Of a DNA stretch of 64,000 nucleotides, positions 32,650-41,931 are shown piece after piece (position 1 is the first letter of the stretch; each line of letters opens with the position of its first letter). The notes below the pieces were generated by a model. That model was not told the DNA's origin. It saw nothing but the letters and a program-made list of their open reading frames with translations, and made no database searches. The DNA is from Actinomycetota bacterium (lineage in GTDB: Bacteria > Actinomycetota > Thermoleophilia > Miltoncostaeales > Miltoncostaeaceae), in NCBI GenBank assembly GCA_046095485.1, contig JBJTJN010000059.1:6565-70564 (forward strand), read 5' to 3'. The position numbers were made by a program, and so were the translations under genes.

Positions 32650-35643
32650 CTAACGGTCCTGTGCGGGGCAGATCATGTTGAAGTCGCACGTGCGGCACGC
32701 CCACCCCGGGGTGGGATCGAACTGGCCGGCCGATATTGAGTCGGCCACCTCGCGCACCTGCTCCATGGCCTCGGCGCGCTCCTGGCCGTCGGGGCTCACC
32801 GGGCGCGTCTCGGCGTCGAGCACGTACTCCAGCACCGCGCCGCGGGGCTCGATGCCCCAGGCGTCGCGCGCGCCCTCGATGTAGGTGATCAGCACCAGCC
32901 GCCCGGCGTCAGTCTCGCGGAAGGGCGCGCGGCCACTCTTGTAGTCGACCAGCTGGTGGCCGCCCTGCGGGTGGGAGTCGATGCGGTCGATGCGCCCGTG
33001 CACCACGTGCGGGCCCACCTTCAGGCTGAACGCGCGCTCCACGCCCACCGGGCGCACGCCGCTCTTCCTCACCCGGTCGAGGTACTTGGGCACGTTCTCG
33101 CGCACGCGGTCCATGGCCTGCTGGCCCACCGCGGTGTCGGCCGCGCCGCGGCGCTTCATCTCCACGGCGAAGCGGGCGATCACCTTGTCGGCGCCGTCAT
33201 CCGGCACGCCCTCGCGAAAGCACGCCTCGAGCGCCGCGTGGATGGAGTTGCCGATCGCCCGGTTGGGGTCCCACCGCGGCGGCACGCGGTCGACCGATGC
33301 GAAGCGGTAGGCCAGGGGGCAGCCCATGTAGCGCGCGATGTCGGTGGGGCTGAGCTGCAGGCCCGGGCGGGGCACGCGGGGCTCGGGAGCAGGCGGATCG
33401 GTGGCCACGGGCCCGGCCAGCACGTCGGCGCGCGCAGCCACCAGCGCGCGGGCGGCCTCGGCGGCGTCCTCCACCAGCGCCGCCACGTCGCCGTTGCCCC
33501 CGGCCGCTGCCTCAGCCCCCGCCTCGGCCCCAGCCGCGGCCTCGGCCGCGCGGTTCACCGCATCTTCAAGGCGCGACCTGGCCGTGGCCACGGCGTCGAG
33601 CACCGCGCGATCGGGCGCGGCGCCCACCTCGACGTACGCGGGATCGCCCACCGCGGCGCGTGCCTGCTCATAGAACGCCGACGGCCTCTGCCCCATTCCG
33701 TTGTCGCCGGCGCGGTAGGCCGAGAGGTACAAGTGCCGGCGCGCGCGGGGCATGGCCACGTAGGCCTGGCGGCGCTGCTCGGCCTCGTGGGCGTCCTTGC
33801 CGCGCGGCAGGGCCTCGGGCAGCAGGGCGTCGGGGATGTCCGTGCGGCCCCTGTCACGACCCGGGAAGTTGAAGTGCACCATGCCGAGCACCCACACGGC
33901 GTCGAACTCCAGCCCCTTGGACTGGTGGATGGTCATCACCTGCACGCCGAGGCGCTCCGGCGCGCCGCCCGATGCCCGGAACCCCACGCCCGCAAGGCCG
34001 TCGAGGCGGCGAACGAGACCCGTGGCGTCGATGCCGGGCGCCGATTCGGTGATCTCCCTTGCCAGCCGCTCCAGCGATGCCAGGTCGGCCAGGCGCGCGG
34101 CGCCCTCCGCGCCGCCCAGGGACAGCGCCCGCACGCGGATGCCCGTGCGGTCGAGCACCTCGCGCACCAGGTCGAGCGGGGCGCCCACGGCGGCCGTGCG
34201 CCCGAGATCCTCCAGCAGCTCCCGTGCCCCGGGCCCCTCGGCCAGGTCGGCCAGCGGGCCGGTGATGTGCCGCCCCTCGGCCGCCGCCTCGCTCACCACC
34301 TGCGCGGCCGGGGCCCAGGGAAGGCCCAGCGATGGGTCTGCCGCCACGCGCAGGTGCGCGATGGAGTCGGTGGGGTCGGTGGCCGCGCGCATCCATGCAA
34401 GCGCCAGGCGCACCTCGCGCCGGTCGAACAGGTCGGTGCCGCCGTGCACCTGGTGGGGTATTCCCGCCTGCTCGAGTTCGGCCACGATCGCGCGGCCCTC
34501 GGTGCGCACGGCCTTCATGAGCACCGCCATCTCCTCGTATGGCGTGCCCTCGTCGGCCAGGCGCAGTATCTCGGCGGCCACGGCGCGCGCCTGCCCGGCG
34601 GGGTCGGGCGACATCCAGAACTCCGGCATGGGGCCCGTGGCGTCGGGCAGGGCCTTCAGCACCTTGGGCTCGCGCGCCACGATGGGCTCCACCACCGCGT
34701 GCGCGGCATCGAGGATGCTCTGCGTGGACCGGTGATTCAGCTCGAGCCGCACCACCGGTGCCTCGGGGAACTTCAGCCGGAAGTCGGCCATGTTCTTGGC
34801 CGACGCCCCGCGAAAGCGGTAGATGCCCTGGTCGTCATCGCCCACCACCACCAGGGAGTCCGCCTTGGCGCTGACCATGTAGAGCAGCTCGGCCTGGGCA
34901 TGGTTGGTGTCCTGGAACTCGTCCACCAGCACGTGCCGTGCGCGCGATCGCGCGATGTCGAGAAGGTCGGCATGCTCGGCCAGCAGGTCGATGGCGCGGG
35001 TGATCTGCCGGCCGAAGTCCTCGAGGCCCAGCTCGGCCAGCCACTCGTCGTGCAGCCGGAACACCCGGGCGAACTCCACCTCGCGCCGGGCGTCGGCGGC
35101 GTCGCGGCTGCGTCGGGCGCCGTCGAGCGCCGCCTGGGCCCACGATGCATACCGGCGCGGGTCAACCCGCTCGTCGCGGCAGCGGTCGATGCGGTCGATG
35201 AACCCGCGCACCACCTGCACGGGGTTGGTGCGAAGGTCGTGCTCGCGGTCCACCAGTTGCAGATCCGCCAGCCGGTCGAGCAGCACGAGCACGCGCTCCT
35301 CGGTGCCGGCGGGCTGCAGCACCGGCGCCAGGTCGCGATCGGTGCCGAGCGTGCGCACCAGGTCGAGGGCGTACGAGTGGAAGGTGGTCACCCGCAGGGT
35401 CTCGTGGCTGCCGGGGATCATCGCCTCGGCGCGCTCGCGCAGCTCGGCCGCGGCCTTGGCGCTGAACGTGAGCGCCAGGATTTCCCCGGGGTCGGCCCCC
35501 TCATTCACCAGCCATGCGAGCCGGTTGCACAGCACGCGGGTCTTCCCCGCTCCCGCCCCGGCGAGCACCAGCAGGGGCCCGCCCGCATGGGTGACGGCCT
35601 CGGCCTGCTGGGGTGTGAGGTCCTCGATCAAAGGACGCCCCAT
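32650..35643 (-). CDS. UvrD/PcrA-type superfamily-1 helicase fused to a C-terminal PD-(D/E)XK (RecB/AddB-like, Cys-cluster) nuclease domain
   Basis: ORF 32650..35643. Helicase motifs LVLAGAGAGKTRVL (I), VLVDEFQDTN (II), VVGDDDQGIYRFRGA (III), TIHQSKGLEFDAVWV (V/VI). C-terminal nuclease: SPTDIARYMGCPLAYRF ... VHGRIDRID ... QLVDYKSG ... ACRTCDFNMICP (first Cys plus a CxxCx5C cluster, as in AddB/AdnB/Cas4). Confidence 0.88.
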   Translation of the reverse strand: MGRPLIEDLTPQQAEAVTHAGGPLLVLAGAGAGKTRVLCNRLAWLVNEGADPGEILALTFSAKAAAELRERAEAMIPGSHETLRVTTFHSYALDLVRTLGTDRDLAPVLQPAGTEERVLVLLDRLADLQLVDREHDLRTNPVQVVRGFIDRIDRCRDERVDPRRYASWAQAALDGARRSRDAADARREVEFARVFRLHDEWLAELGLEDFGRQITRAIDLLAEHADLLDIARSRARHVLVDEFQDTNHAQAELLYMVSAKADSLVVVGDDDQGIYRFRGASAKNMADFRLKFPEAPVVRLELNHRSTQSILDAAHAVVEPIVAREPKVLKALPDATGPMPEFWMSPDPAGQARAVAAEILRLADEGTPYEEMAVLMKAVRTEGRAIVAELEQAGIPHQVHGGTDLFDRREVRLALAWMRAATDPTDSIAHLRVAADPSLGLPWAPAAQVVSEAAAEGRHITGPLADLAEGPGARELLEDLGRTAAVGAPLDLVREVLDRTGIRVRALSLGGAEGAARLADLASLERLAREITESAPGIDATGLVRRLDGLAGVGFRASGGAPERLGVQVMTIHQSKGLEFDAVWVLGMVHFNFPGRDRGRTDIPDALLPEALPRGKDAHEAEQRRQAYVAMPRARRHLYLSAYRAGDNGMGQRPSAFYEQARAAVGDPAYVEVGAAPDRAVLDAVATARSRLEDAVNRAAEAAAGAEAGAEAAAGGNGDVAALVEDAAEAARALVAARADVLAGPVATDPPAPEPRVPRPGLQLSPTDIARYMGCPLAYRFASVDRVPPRWDPNRAIGNSIHAALEACFREGVPDDGADKVIARFAVEMKRRGAADTAVGQQAMDRVRENVPKYLDRVRKSGVRPVGVERAFSLKVGPHVVHGRIDRIDSHPQGGHQLVDYKSGRAPFRETDAGRLVLITYIEGARDAWGIEPRGAVLEYVLDAETRPVSPDGQERAEAMEQVREVADSISAGQFDPTPGWACRTCDFNMICPAQDR

Positions 35644-35663
35644 GCTAAGCCGCGAGCCGGACG

Positions 35664-35735
35664 AACCCCGGTGTCAGGCACTTAACCGAGGGTCACAGAA
35701 CTCGCGCGGGTTGGTTGGGTGCCTGACACCGGGGG
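35664..35735. repeat. hairpin/TIR element, type B, copy 1
   Basis: AACCCCGGTGTCAGGCACTTAACC ... GGTTGGGTGCCTGACACCGGGGG. The first 16 bp of the arms are perfectly complementary; extension to 22 bp needs two G.T pairs. 25-nt loop. It fills the gap from the stop of the lipoprotein gene (CTA 35736-35738) towards the helicase start. The first 26 nt are identical to 58756-58781. Confidence 0.8.
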
Positions 35736-36341
35736 CTAGCGATCCCGGAAGACCACAGTGAAGTGGGGTATGCCTCCGCGCACGGACTCGAGCGCGATGG
35801 TGGTGGTGAAGGGCAGTTCCGCGCCCTGATCATCCGTCCTGAACACCGTCGAGTTTCCCGGGTCGGAAAGCGAGACCGAATCGTTGAAGCCCGACGAGCA
35901 GCAGTACACGAGGTCCGATCCCACGTTCCTGTTCTTGAAGCCGAGGTACTGGCGCGCGACGTCATCGGGCTCACCCCGCTTCCACGTGATGCCCGTCTTG
36001 AGGTCGATGCCTCCCGACCAGCCGCCCGAGCACCTCTGTGTAGCGGGGGCGCTCTTCGCCGGCAGCGTGAATCGGTCGTAGCGCTCCTGCTGCTGCCGGG
36101 TGATCCACGCGTTGCCGTTAAGCGGGTACGAGCTCTCATTGGTGAAGTTGACGACGACGAGGTCGGTTGGGGCGAAGTAGCCGCTGCACACGCGCTGGTT
36201 CGCGGGCTCCGCGGCCCCCGATGCGTTCTTCGTAGCCGTGGTCGGAGTCGACGGCGAGGAATCGCCGCAACCAGAGACGAGGCCAGCGGCGACAGTCGCG
36301 GCCAGCACGAGCGCGATGAGTGATGCTTGGGGCGAGCGCAC
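35736..36341 (-). CDS. lipoprotein, hypothetical
   Basis: ORF 35736..36419, with the start at GTG 36341 (GGAGG 8 nt upstream). Lipobox LVSGC in VRSPQASLIALVLAATVAAGLVSGCGDS. The mature part is Cys- and Asn/Ser-rich. No family recognised. Confidence 0.65.
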   Translation of the reverse strand: MRSPQASLIALVLAATVAAGLVSGCGDSSPSTPTTATKNASGAAEPANQRVCSGYFAPTDLVVVNFTNESSYPLNGNAWITRQQQERYDRFTLPAKSAPATQRCSGGWSGGIDLKTGITWKRGEPDDVARQYLGFKNRNVGSDLVYCCSSGFNDSVSLSDPGNSTVFRTDDQGAELPFTTTIALESVRGGIPHFTVVFRDR

Positions 36342-36485
36342 GGCGACGTCCTCCGTATTTGGCACAGGGTTGAGACACTGTACCGGACCCCGTGACGTGC
36401 CGGTGGCCCAGAGCCGCACGGCACGGATGACCGAGCGCTGGAACGCCGGCGCCCGCCGTCACCGCGCCAGGTAGTGTGCCGCCAC

Positions 36486-37701
<1,216 letters not shown>

Positions 37702-37727
<26 letters not shown>

Positions 37728-38550
37728 CGCCTCGGACGCCGCCTGGGTGGACGTGCTCACCCGTGCCGCCGATAGGGCGTCCGCGGCCGTGGCGCTGATC
37801 CCGCCCCACGAGCGGGGCACCGAGGTGGGCCAGGGCCAGGGCGGCGACACCACGCTGGTCATCGACCGCGACGCCGAGGCGGCGATCATCGACGTGCTCG
37901 AGCAGGCCCACGCGGACGGCATGCGATTCGACCTGATCTCGGAGGAAGTGGGCGAGCGATCCTTCGGCGGCGACGGCGCGCTGGTGATCGTCGACCCCAT
38001 CGACGGCAGCCGCAACGCCCGCCGTGGCCTGCCGGAGTTCGCGGTGTCGCTGGCGGTCACCGACGGGCCCCGGCTGTCGGACGTGCGCGTGGGGCTCCTG
38101 CGACACCTCGGCACCGGCGAGACCGTGGTGGCCGTGCGCGGGCAGGGCGTGATGGTGGACGGCCAGCCCATGCGCACCCGGGAGTACCGCGGGCTGTGGC
38201 TCACGGTGGTGGAGGGCGCGTCGCCCCGCAGGCTCACGGCGGCGATGGACCACCTGGCACATGCCAGCCGCATCCGCAGCCTGGGATCGCTGGCGCTGTC
38301 GATCGAATACGTGGCGCTGGGGCGGCTCGACGGGCTCGCCGTGCTGCGCCCGGGGCGCATCGTGGACATCGCCGCGGCGATCCTCATCGCCACGGAGGCC
38401 GGGGTGATCGTCACCGACGAGCACGGCATGCCGCTGGATGCGGTGGCCGACATGGACTGGCGCGGGGCCATGGCCGTGGCGAGGGTGCCGCGCGATGTGG
38501 CGGCGCTCACGGCCGCGGTGCGCGCGGCACTCGAGGCGGGGAGCCGCTGA
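37702..38550 (+). CDS. inositol monophosphatase / FBPase (IMPase) family protein
   Basis: ORF 37702..38550 (TTG start; overlaps the DUF1015 end by 26 nt, and the start is uncertain). LISEEVGE, VIVDPIDGSRNA and IVDIAAAILIATEAG metal-binding motifs. Confidence 0.8.
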
Positions 38551-38717
38551 TGCTGTTGAACATCGCAATCGGCCTGCTGGTGGCAGGCGTGGTGCTGCTG
38601 GTGCTGCGGTTGCTGCTTCGCACCGCCCTGGGGCTCGGGAAGTTCCTGGTGATCGTGGGCGTGCTGCTCATCGTGGCGGCAGCCGTCCTCGGCCTCATCC
38701 ACCCGTTCTCGTCCTAG
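38550..38717 (+). CDS. small two-helix membrane protein (55 aa)
   Basis: Last 55 codons of ORF 38196..38717. The ATG shares a base with the IMPase stop (TGATG). MLLNIAIGLLVAGVVLLVLRLLLRTALGLGKFLVIVGVLLIVAAAVLGLIHPFSS. Confidence 0.45.
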   Translation: MLLNIAIGLLVAGVVLLVLRLLLRTALGLGKFLVIVGVLLIVAAAVLGLIHPFSS

Positions 38718-38728
38718 GCTCTCAGGTC

Positions 38729-39073
38729 GTGGACCACCAGTACCACGACCCGACCAGCGAGGCGGACGTCCAGGCGGAGTACGCCCGGCAGGAGAAGCTC
38801 ACCCGCAAGGTGGCGCGCGGCCTGCTGGTGTTCGCGATCGTCTGGCTGCCGGCGCTGCTCATCGTTCCCGAGGTGTTCAAGACCGGCGCCATCGCGTCGC
38901 TGGCGCTGTCCACCATCGCAGCGGTGGCCGTGATGATCATCGTGGAGCACACCTGGATGAAGCCGCGGGCGGATGAGCGCAACCGCTACGGCTACCGCCC
39001 GCCGCCGCCGCGCGAGTACCAGGCGCCGGTGTCGCGCTTCCTGCGCGACCTGCGCGACCAGGTTCAGAAGTAG
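38729..39073 (+). CDS. membrane protein, hypothetical
   Basis: 3' part of ORF 38438..39073, starting at GTG 38729. Two hydrophobic helices (LLVFAIVWLPALLIV, IASLALSTIAAVAVMIIV) and a basic Pro-rich tail. Confidence 0.5.
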   Translation: MDHQYHDPTSEADVQAEYARQEKLTRKVARGLLVFAIVWLPALLIVPEVFKTGAIASLALSTIAAVAVMIIVEHTWMKPRADERNRYGYRPPPPREYQAPVSRFLRDLRDQVQK

Positions 39074-39080
39074 CCGACTG

Positions 39081-39102
39081 ACGGGCGACCGCAGTCGCCC
39101 GT
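39081..39102 (+). terminator. hairpin after the membrane-protein gene
   Basis: ACGGGCGAC-cgca-GTCGCCCGT, a 9-bp stem with a 4-nt loop, 7 nt after TAG 39071-39073. No T-tract. Confidence 0.35.
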
Positions 39103-39132
39103 GATCGCGATGCACCGCGATACGCTTTGAGC

Positions 39133-39552
39133 GTGCAGATGTCCGCTCAGAGCGAACAGACCATCGGAATCACCCTCGGGGAGGCCCTTCGTGCCTACCG
39201 CGAGGACGCCGGCCTGTCGCTCCGGGCCGCCGCGGAGCGCGCCGGAATGAGTGCGGCGCACCTCTCCGAGGTGGAACGGGGGCTCAAGGAGCCGTCGTTC
39301 GGGGCGCTCTCGCGCATTGCCGATGCCGTCGGCGTGGGGGCGGGCGAGGTGTTCCTCGACCTGGCCATCGCGCTCGGCGCGGCACCGCCACGGCCGGCAC
39401 GGCGCCCCATGGGCTTCGCGCCCGACCCGATCGACGAGATCGAGTGGGCCGCCGGCCGCCTGCACCAGGACGACCTGCGGGCCCTCGCGGCCTTCGGCGC
39501 CTTCCTGGCAACACAGAATCCGACGAACGACCAAGGAGTCACCACCACATGA
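39133..39552 (+). CDS. XRE-family helix-turn-helix transcriptional regulator (ClgR-like position upstream of clpP)
   Basis: ORF 39127..39552. HTH: [59 protein letters not shown] at 39121-39126 suggests a leaderless start at GTG 39133 (ATG 39139 possible). The stop overlaps the clpP start (ATGA). Confidence 0.8.
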   Translation: MQMSAQSEQTIGITLGEALRAYREDAGLSLRAAAERAGMSAAHLSEVERGLKEPSFGALSRIADAVGVGAGEVFLDLAIALGAAPPRPARRPMGFAPDPIDEIEWAAGRLHQDDLRALAAFGAFLATQNPTNDQGVTTT

Positions 39553-40133
39553 GCCCGCTCATCCCGATGGTCATCGAGCAGACCGCCCGCGGCGAGCGCT
39601 CGTTCGACATCTACTCGCGCCTGCTCAACGAGCGCATCATCTTCCTGGGCACCCCGGTGGATGACCAGATCGCGAACCTGATCGTCGCGCAGCTGCTGCA
39701 CCTCGAAAGCGAGGACCCCGACAAGGACATCTCGCTCTACATCAACTCGCCCGGAGGCTCGGTGTACGCCGGCCTGGCGATCTACGACACCATGAACTTC
39801 ATCAAGCCCGACGTGCAGACCATCTGCTGCGGCATCGCCATGAGCATGGGCGCCCTGCTGCTGGCCGGCGGCGCGGCGGGCAAGCGCATGGCGCTGCCGA
39901 ACAGCCGCATCCTGATCCACCAGGTGCTCTCGGGCTTCCAGGGCCAGGCCACCGACATCGAGATCCACGCACGCGAGACGCTCAACCTGCGCGCGCGCCT
40001 CGACCAGATCCTCGCGCACCACACCGGCAAGACCGAGGAGCAGATCCACATCGACTCCGAGCGCGACCGCTTCTTCACCGCCGAGGAGGCCAAGGAGTAC
40101 GGGCTCGTCGATCGCGTGATCGAGAGCCACTAG
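39549..40133 (+). CDS. clpP: ATP-dependent Clp protease proteolytic subunit
   Basis: 3' part of ORF 39444..40133, with ATG 39549. [47 protein letters not shown] (catalytic Ser), ILIHQ (His), [11 protein letters not shown] (Asp). Confidence 0.95.
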   Translation: MSPLIPMVIEQTARGERSFDIYSRLLNERIIFLGTPVDDQIANLIVAQLLHLESEDPDKDISLYINSPGGSVYAGLAIYDTMNFIKPDVQTICCGIAMSMGALLLAGGAAGKRMALPNSRILIHQVLSGFQGQATDIEIHARETLNLRARLDQILAHHTGKTEEQIHIDSERDRFFTAEEAKEYGLVDRVIESH

Positions 40134-40143
40134 CAACGCGCGA

Positions 40144-40189
40144 CCCCTGGTGAGAGTCACCGGGCCCGTTCGGTGACTGTCACCGGGGG
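40144..40189. repeat. hairpin repeat, intergenic copy downstream of clpP
   Basis: CCCCTGGTGAGAGTCACCG-ggcccgtt-CGGTGACTGTCACCGGGGG. Arms of about 19 bp with one central mismatch. The arm sequence is the same as the inverted unit in the thyX-like gene (21495-21526). It lies 10 nt after the clpP stop and may act as a terminator. Confidence 0.8.
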
Positions 40190-40211
40190 TTGCGCCCCTA
40201 GCCTCTCCCGC

Positions 40212-41117
40212 GTGAGCGATGTCGCCGCCATTCGTGCAACCGGACTCGGGAAGTCGTACGGGTCGGGGGTGATGGCCCTCGAGGGCGTGGACCTCGAGGT
40301 GGCGCAGGGGGAGCGCATCGGGTTCCTCGGGCCGAATGGCGCCGGGAAGACCACCTTCATCCGCTGCGCGCTCGGGGTGCTCAGGCCCACGACGGGCACC
40401 GTGCAGATACTCGGGCACGACATCACGCATGACCGCCTGGCGGCGCTCGGCGAGGTGGGGTACGTGCCCGGCGACCTGGGGATGATCCGCCAGGTGTCGG
40501 GCGCGCGCATGCTCGATGCCCTGGCGCGCCTGCACCCCCGGCCGCCCGTGCTGCGCGACCAGCTGCTGTCGGCGCTCGAGCTGTCGGAGGCCGACCTGCG
40601 CCGGCGAATCCGCGAGTACTCCACCGGCATGCGGCAGAAGCTCGGGCTCGTGGCCGCGCTGCAGCACGACCCGCCGGTGATCATCCTCGACGAGCCCACC
40701 GCCGGGCTCGATCCGGTGATGCAGGCCCGCCTGCTGGGCGTGCTGGACGACCGCGCGCGCGCCGGGCGCACGGTGTTCTTCTCGAGCCATGTGCTGGGCG
40801 AGGTGGATGAGCTCTGCGACCGCGTGGCGATGGTGCGCGGCGGCAAGCTGCTGCTGGTGCGCGACGTGGATGAGCTGCGCAAGGCGCGCGTGCGCACCGT
40901 GGAGGTGCTGTTCGACGCCGAGGTGGACCCGGCCACGTATGCGGTGGACGGCATGGGCGAGGTGAGCGTGGAGGGCCACGTGCACCACTTCACGATGTCG
41001 GGCGACCCCGGTCCGCTGCTGGCAGGCCTCGCCCCCCTTGCCCCCCGCGACATCACCATCGAGGCCGCACGGCTCGAAGATGTGTTCCGCGCCCTCTACC
41101 TGGGGGACGGCGACTGA
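40212..41117 (+). CDS. ABC transporter ATP-binding protein (ABC-2 exporter type)
   Basis: ORF 40173..41117, with the start at GTG 40212 (TAGCCT 7 nt upstream; the 40173 GTG lies inside the hairpin repeat). GPNGAGKTT (Walker A), YSTGMRQKLGL (signature), VIILDEPTAGLD (Walker B). Confidence 0.9.
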   Translation: MSDVAAIRATGLGKSYGSGVMALEGVDLEVAQGERIGFLGPNGAGKTTFIRCALGVLRPTTGTVQILGHDITHDRLAALGEVGYVPGDLGMIRQVSGARMLDALARLHPRPPVLRDQLLSALELSEADLRRRIREYSTGMRQKLGLVAALQHDPPVIILDEPTAGLDPVMQARLLGVLDDRARAGRTVFFSSHVLGEVDELCDRVAMVRGGKLLLVRDVDELRKARVRTVEVLFDAEVDPATYAVDGMGEVSVEGHVHHFTMSGDPGPLLAGLAPLAPRDITIEAARLEDVFRALYLGDGD

Positions 41118-41911
41118 TGCGCGTGGTGCTCTCCCTCGCCCTGCTTCGCTCGCTGCGCCGCACGCTGCTGCTGGGCCTCGCCCTGGGCGCGTTCCTCTTC
41201 CTCGTGGGGCTCTCGTACTCGTCGGTGGACGAGAACCAGATCCGCAGCCTCGTGGAGTCGCTGCCGCCCGCGCTGCAGGCCTTCGTGAAGGGATCGGACA
41301 TCGCGAGCCCGTCGGGCTACCTGGGGTCCACCTTCATCCACCCGATCACGCTCTCGCTCATGGCCGCCGCGGGGATCGCGGGGGGAGCCGCGTCGGCACG
41401 CGACGTGGAGACCGGCGTGGCCGAGCTGATGCTCTCGCGTCCGCTTCGCCGCACGTCCTGGCTCGGCGCCGAGCTGATCGCGATGCTCGTGCAGGTGACC
41501 ATCGTGGCCGTGATGGGGCTCATCGGTGCGCTCATCGCCATCTCCACCGTCGACGCCCTCGCGCCCGTTTCGGCCGGCTCGCTGTTCCTCACCGCCGTGC
41601 CGCTGTGGCTGCTGTTCGCAGGCATCGGAGCGGTGACGGCCCTGGCCGCGTCGTTCTCGCGCACGGGGGCCAAGGCCATCGGCTGGGGTACGGCCTTCGC
41701 GCTGGTGGCCTACGCGCTCGACTACCTGGCCCAGGTGTGGGGCGTGGCCGAGCCCCTCGGCCCGCTGTCGGTGATGCACTGGTACCGGCCCGCGAGCATC
41801 CTCGGCCAGGGCACCGTGCCCGGTTCGACCTGGGTGGTGCTGATCGGGGTGGCCGTGGTTGCGGCCGGCCTGGCCCTGGCCGTCACCTCACGGCGCGAGG
41901 TTGCGCCCTGA
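41117..41911 (+). CDS. ABC-2 type transporter permease
   Basis: ORF 41117..41911. The ATG shares one base with the ATPase stop (TGATG). Six hydrophobic helices. Confidence 0.75.
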   Translation: MRVVLSLALLRSLRRTLLLGLALGAFLFLVGLSYSSVDENQIRSLVESLPPALQAFVKGSDIASPSGYLGSTFIHPITLSLMAAAGIAGGAASARDVETGVAELMLSRPLRRTSWLGAELIAMLVQVTIVAVMGLIGALIAISTVDALAPVSAGSLFLTAVPLWLLFAGIGAVTALAASFSRTGAKAIGWGTAFALVAYALDYLAQVWGVAEPLGPLSVMHWYRPASILGQGTVPGSTWVVLIGVAVVAAGLALAVTSRREVAP

Positions 41912-41917
41912 GGTGAC
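41882..41917. terminator. hairpin spanning the stop codon of the permease gene, between convergent genes
   Basis: GTCACCTCA-c-GGCGC-gaggtt-GCGCC-c-TGAGGTGAC. The TGA stop (41909-41911) lies in the right arm. Confidence 0.35.
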
Positions 41918-41931
41918 GACCCGGCCGGGCG

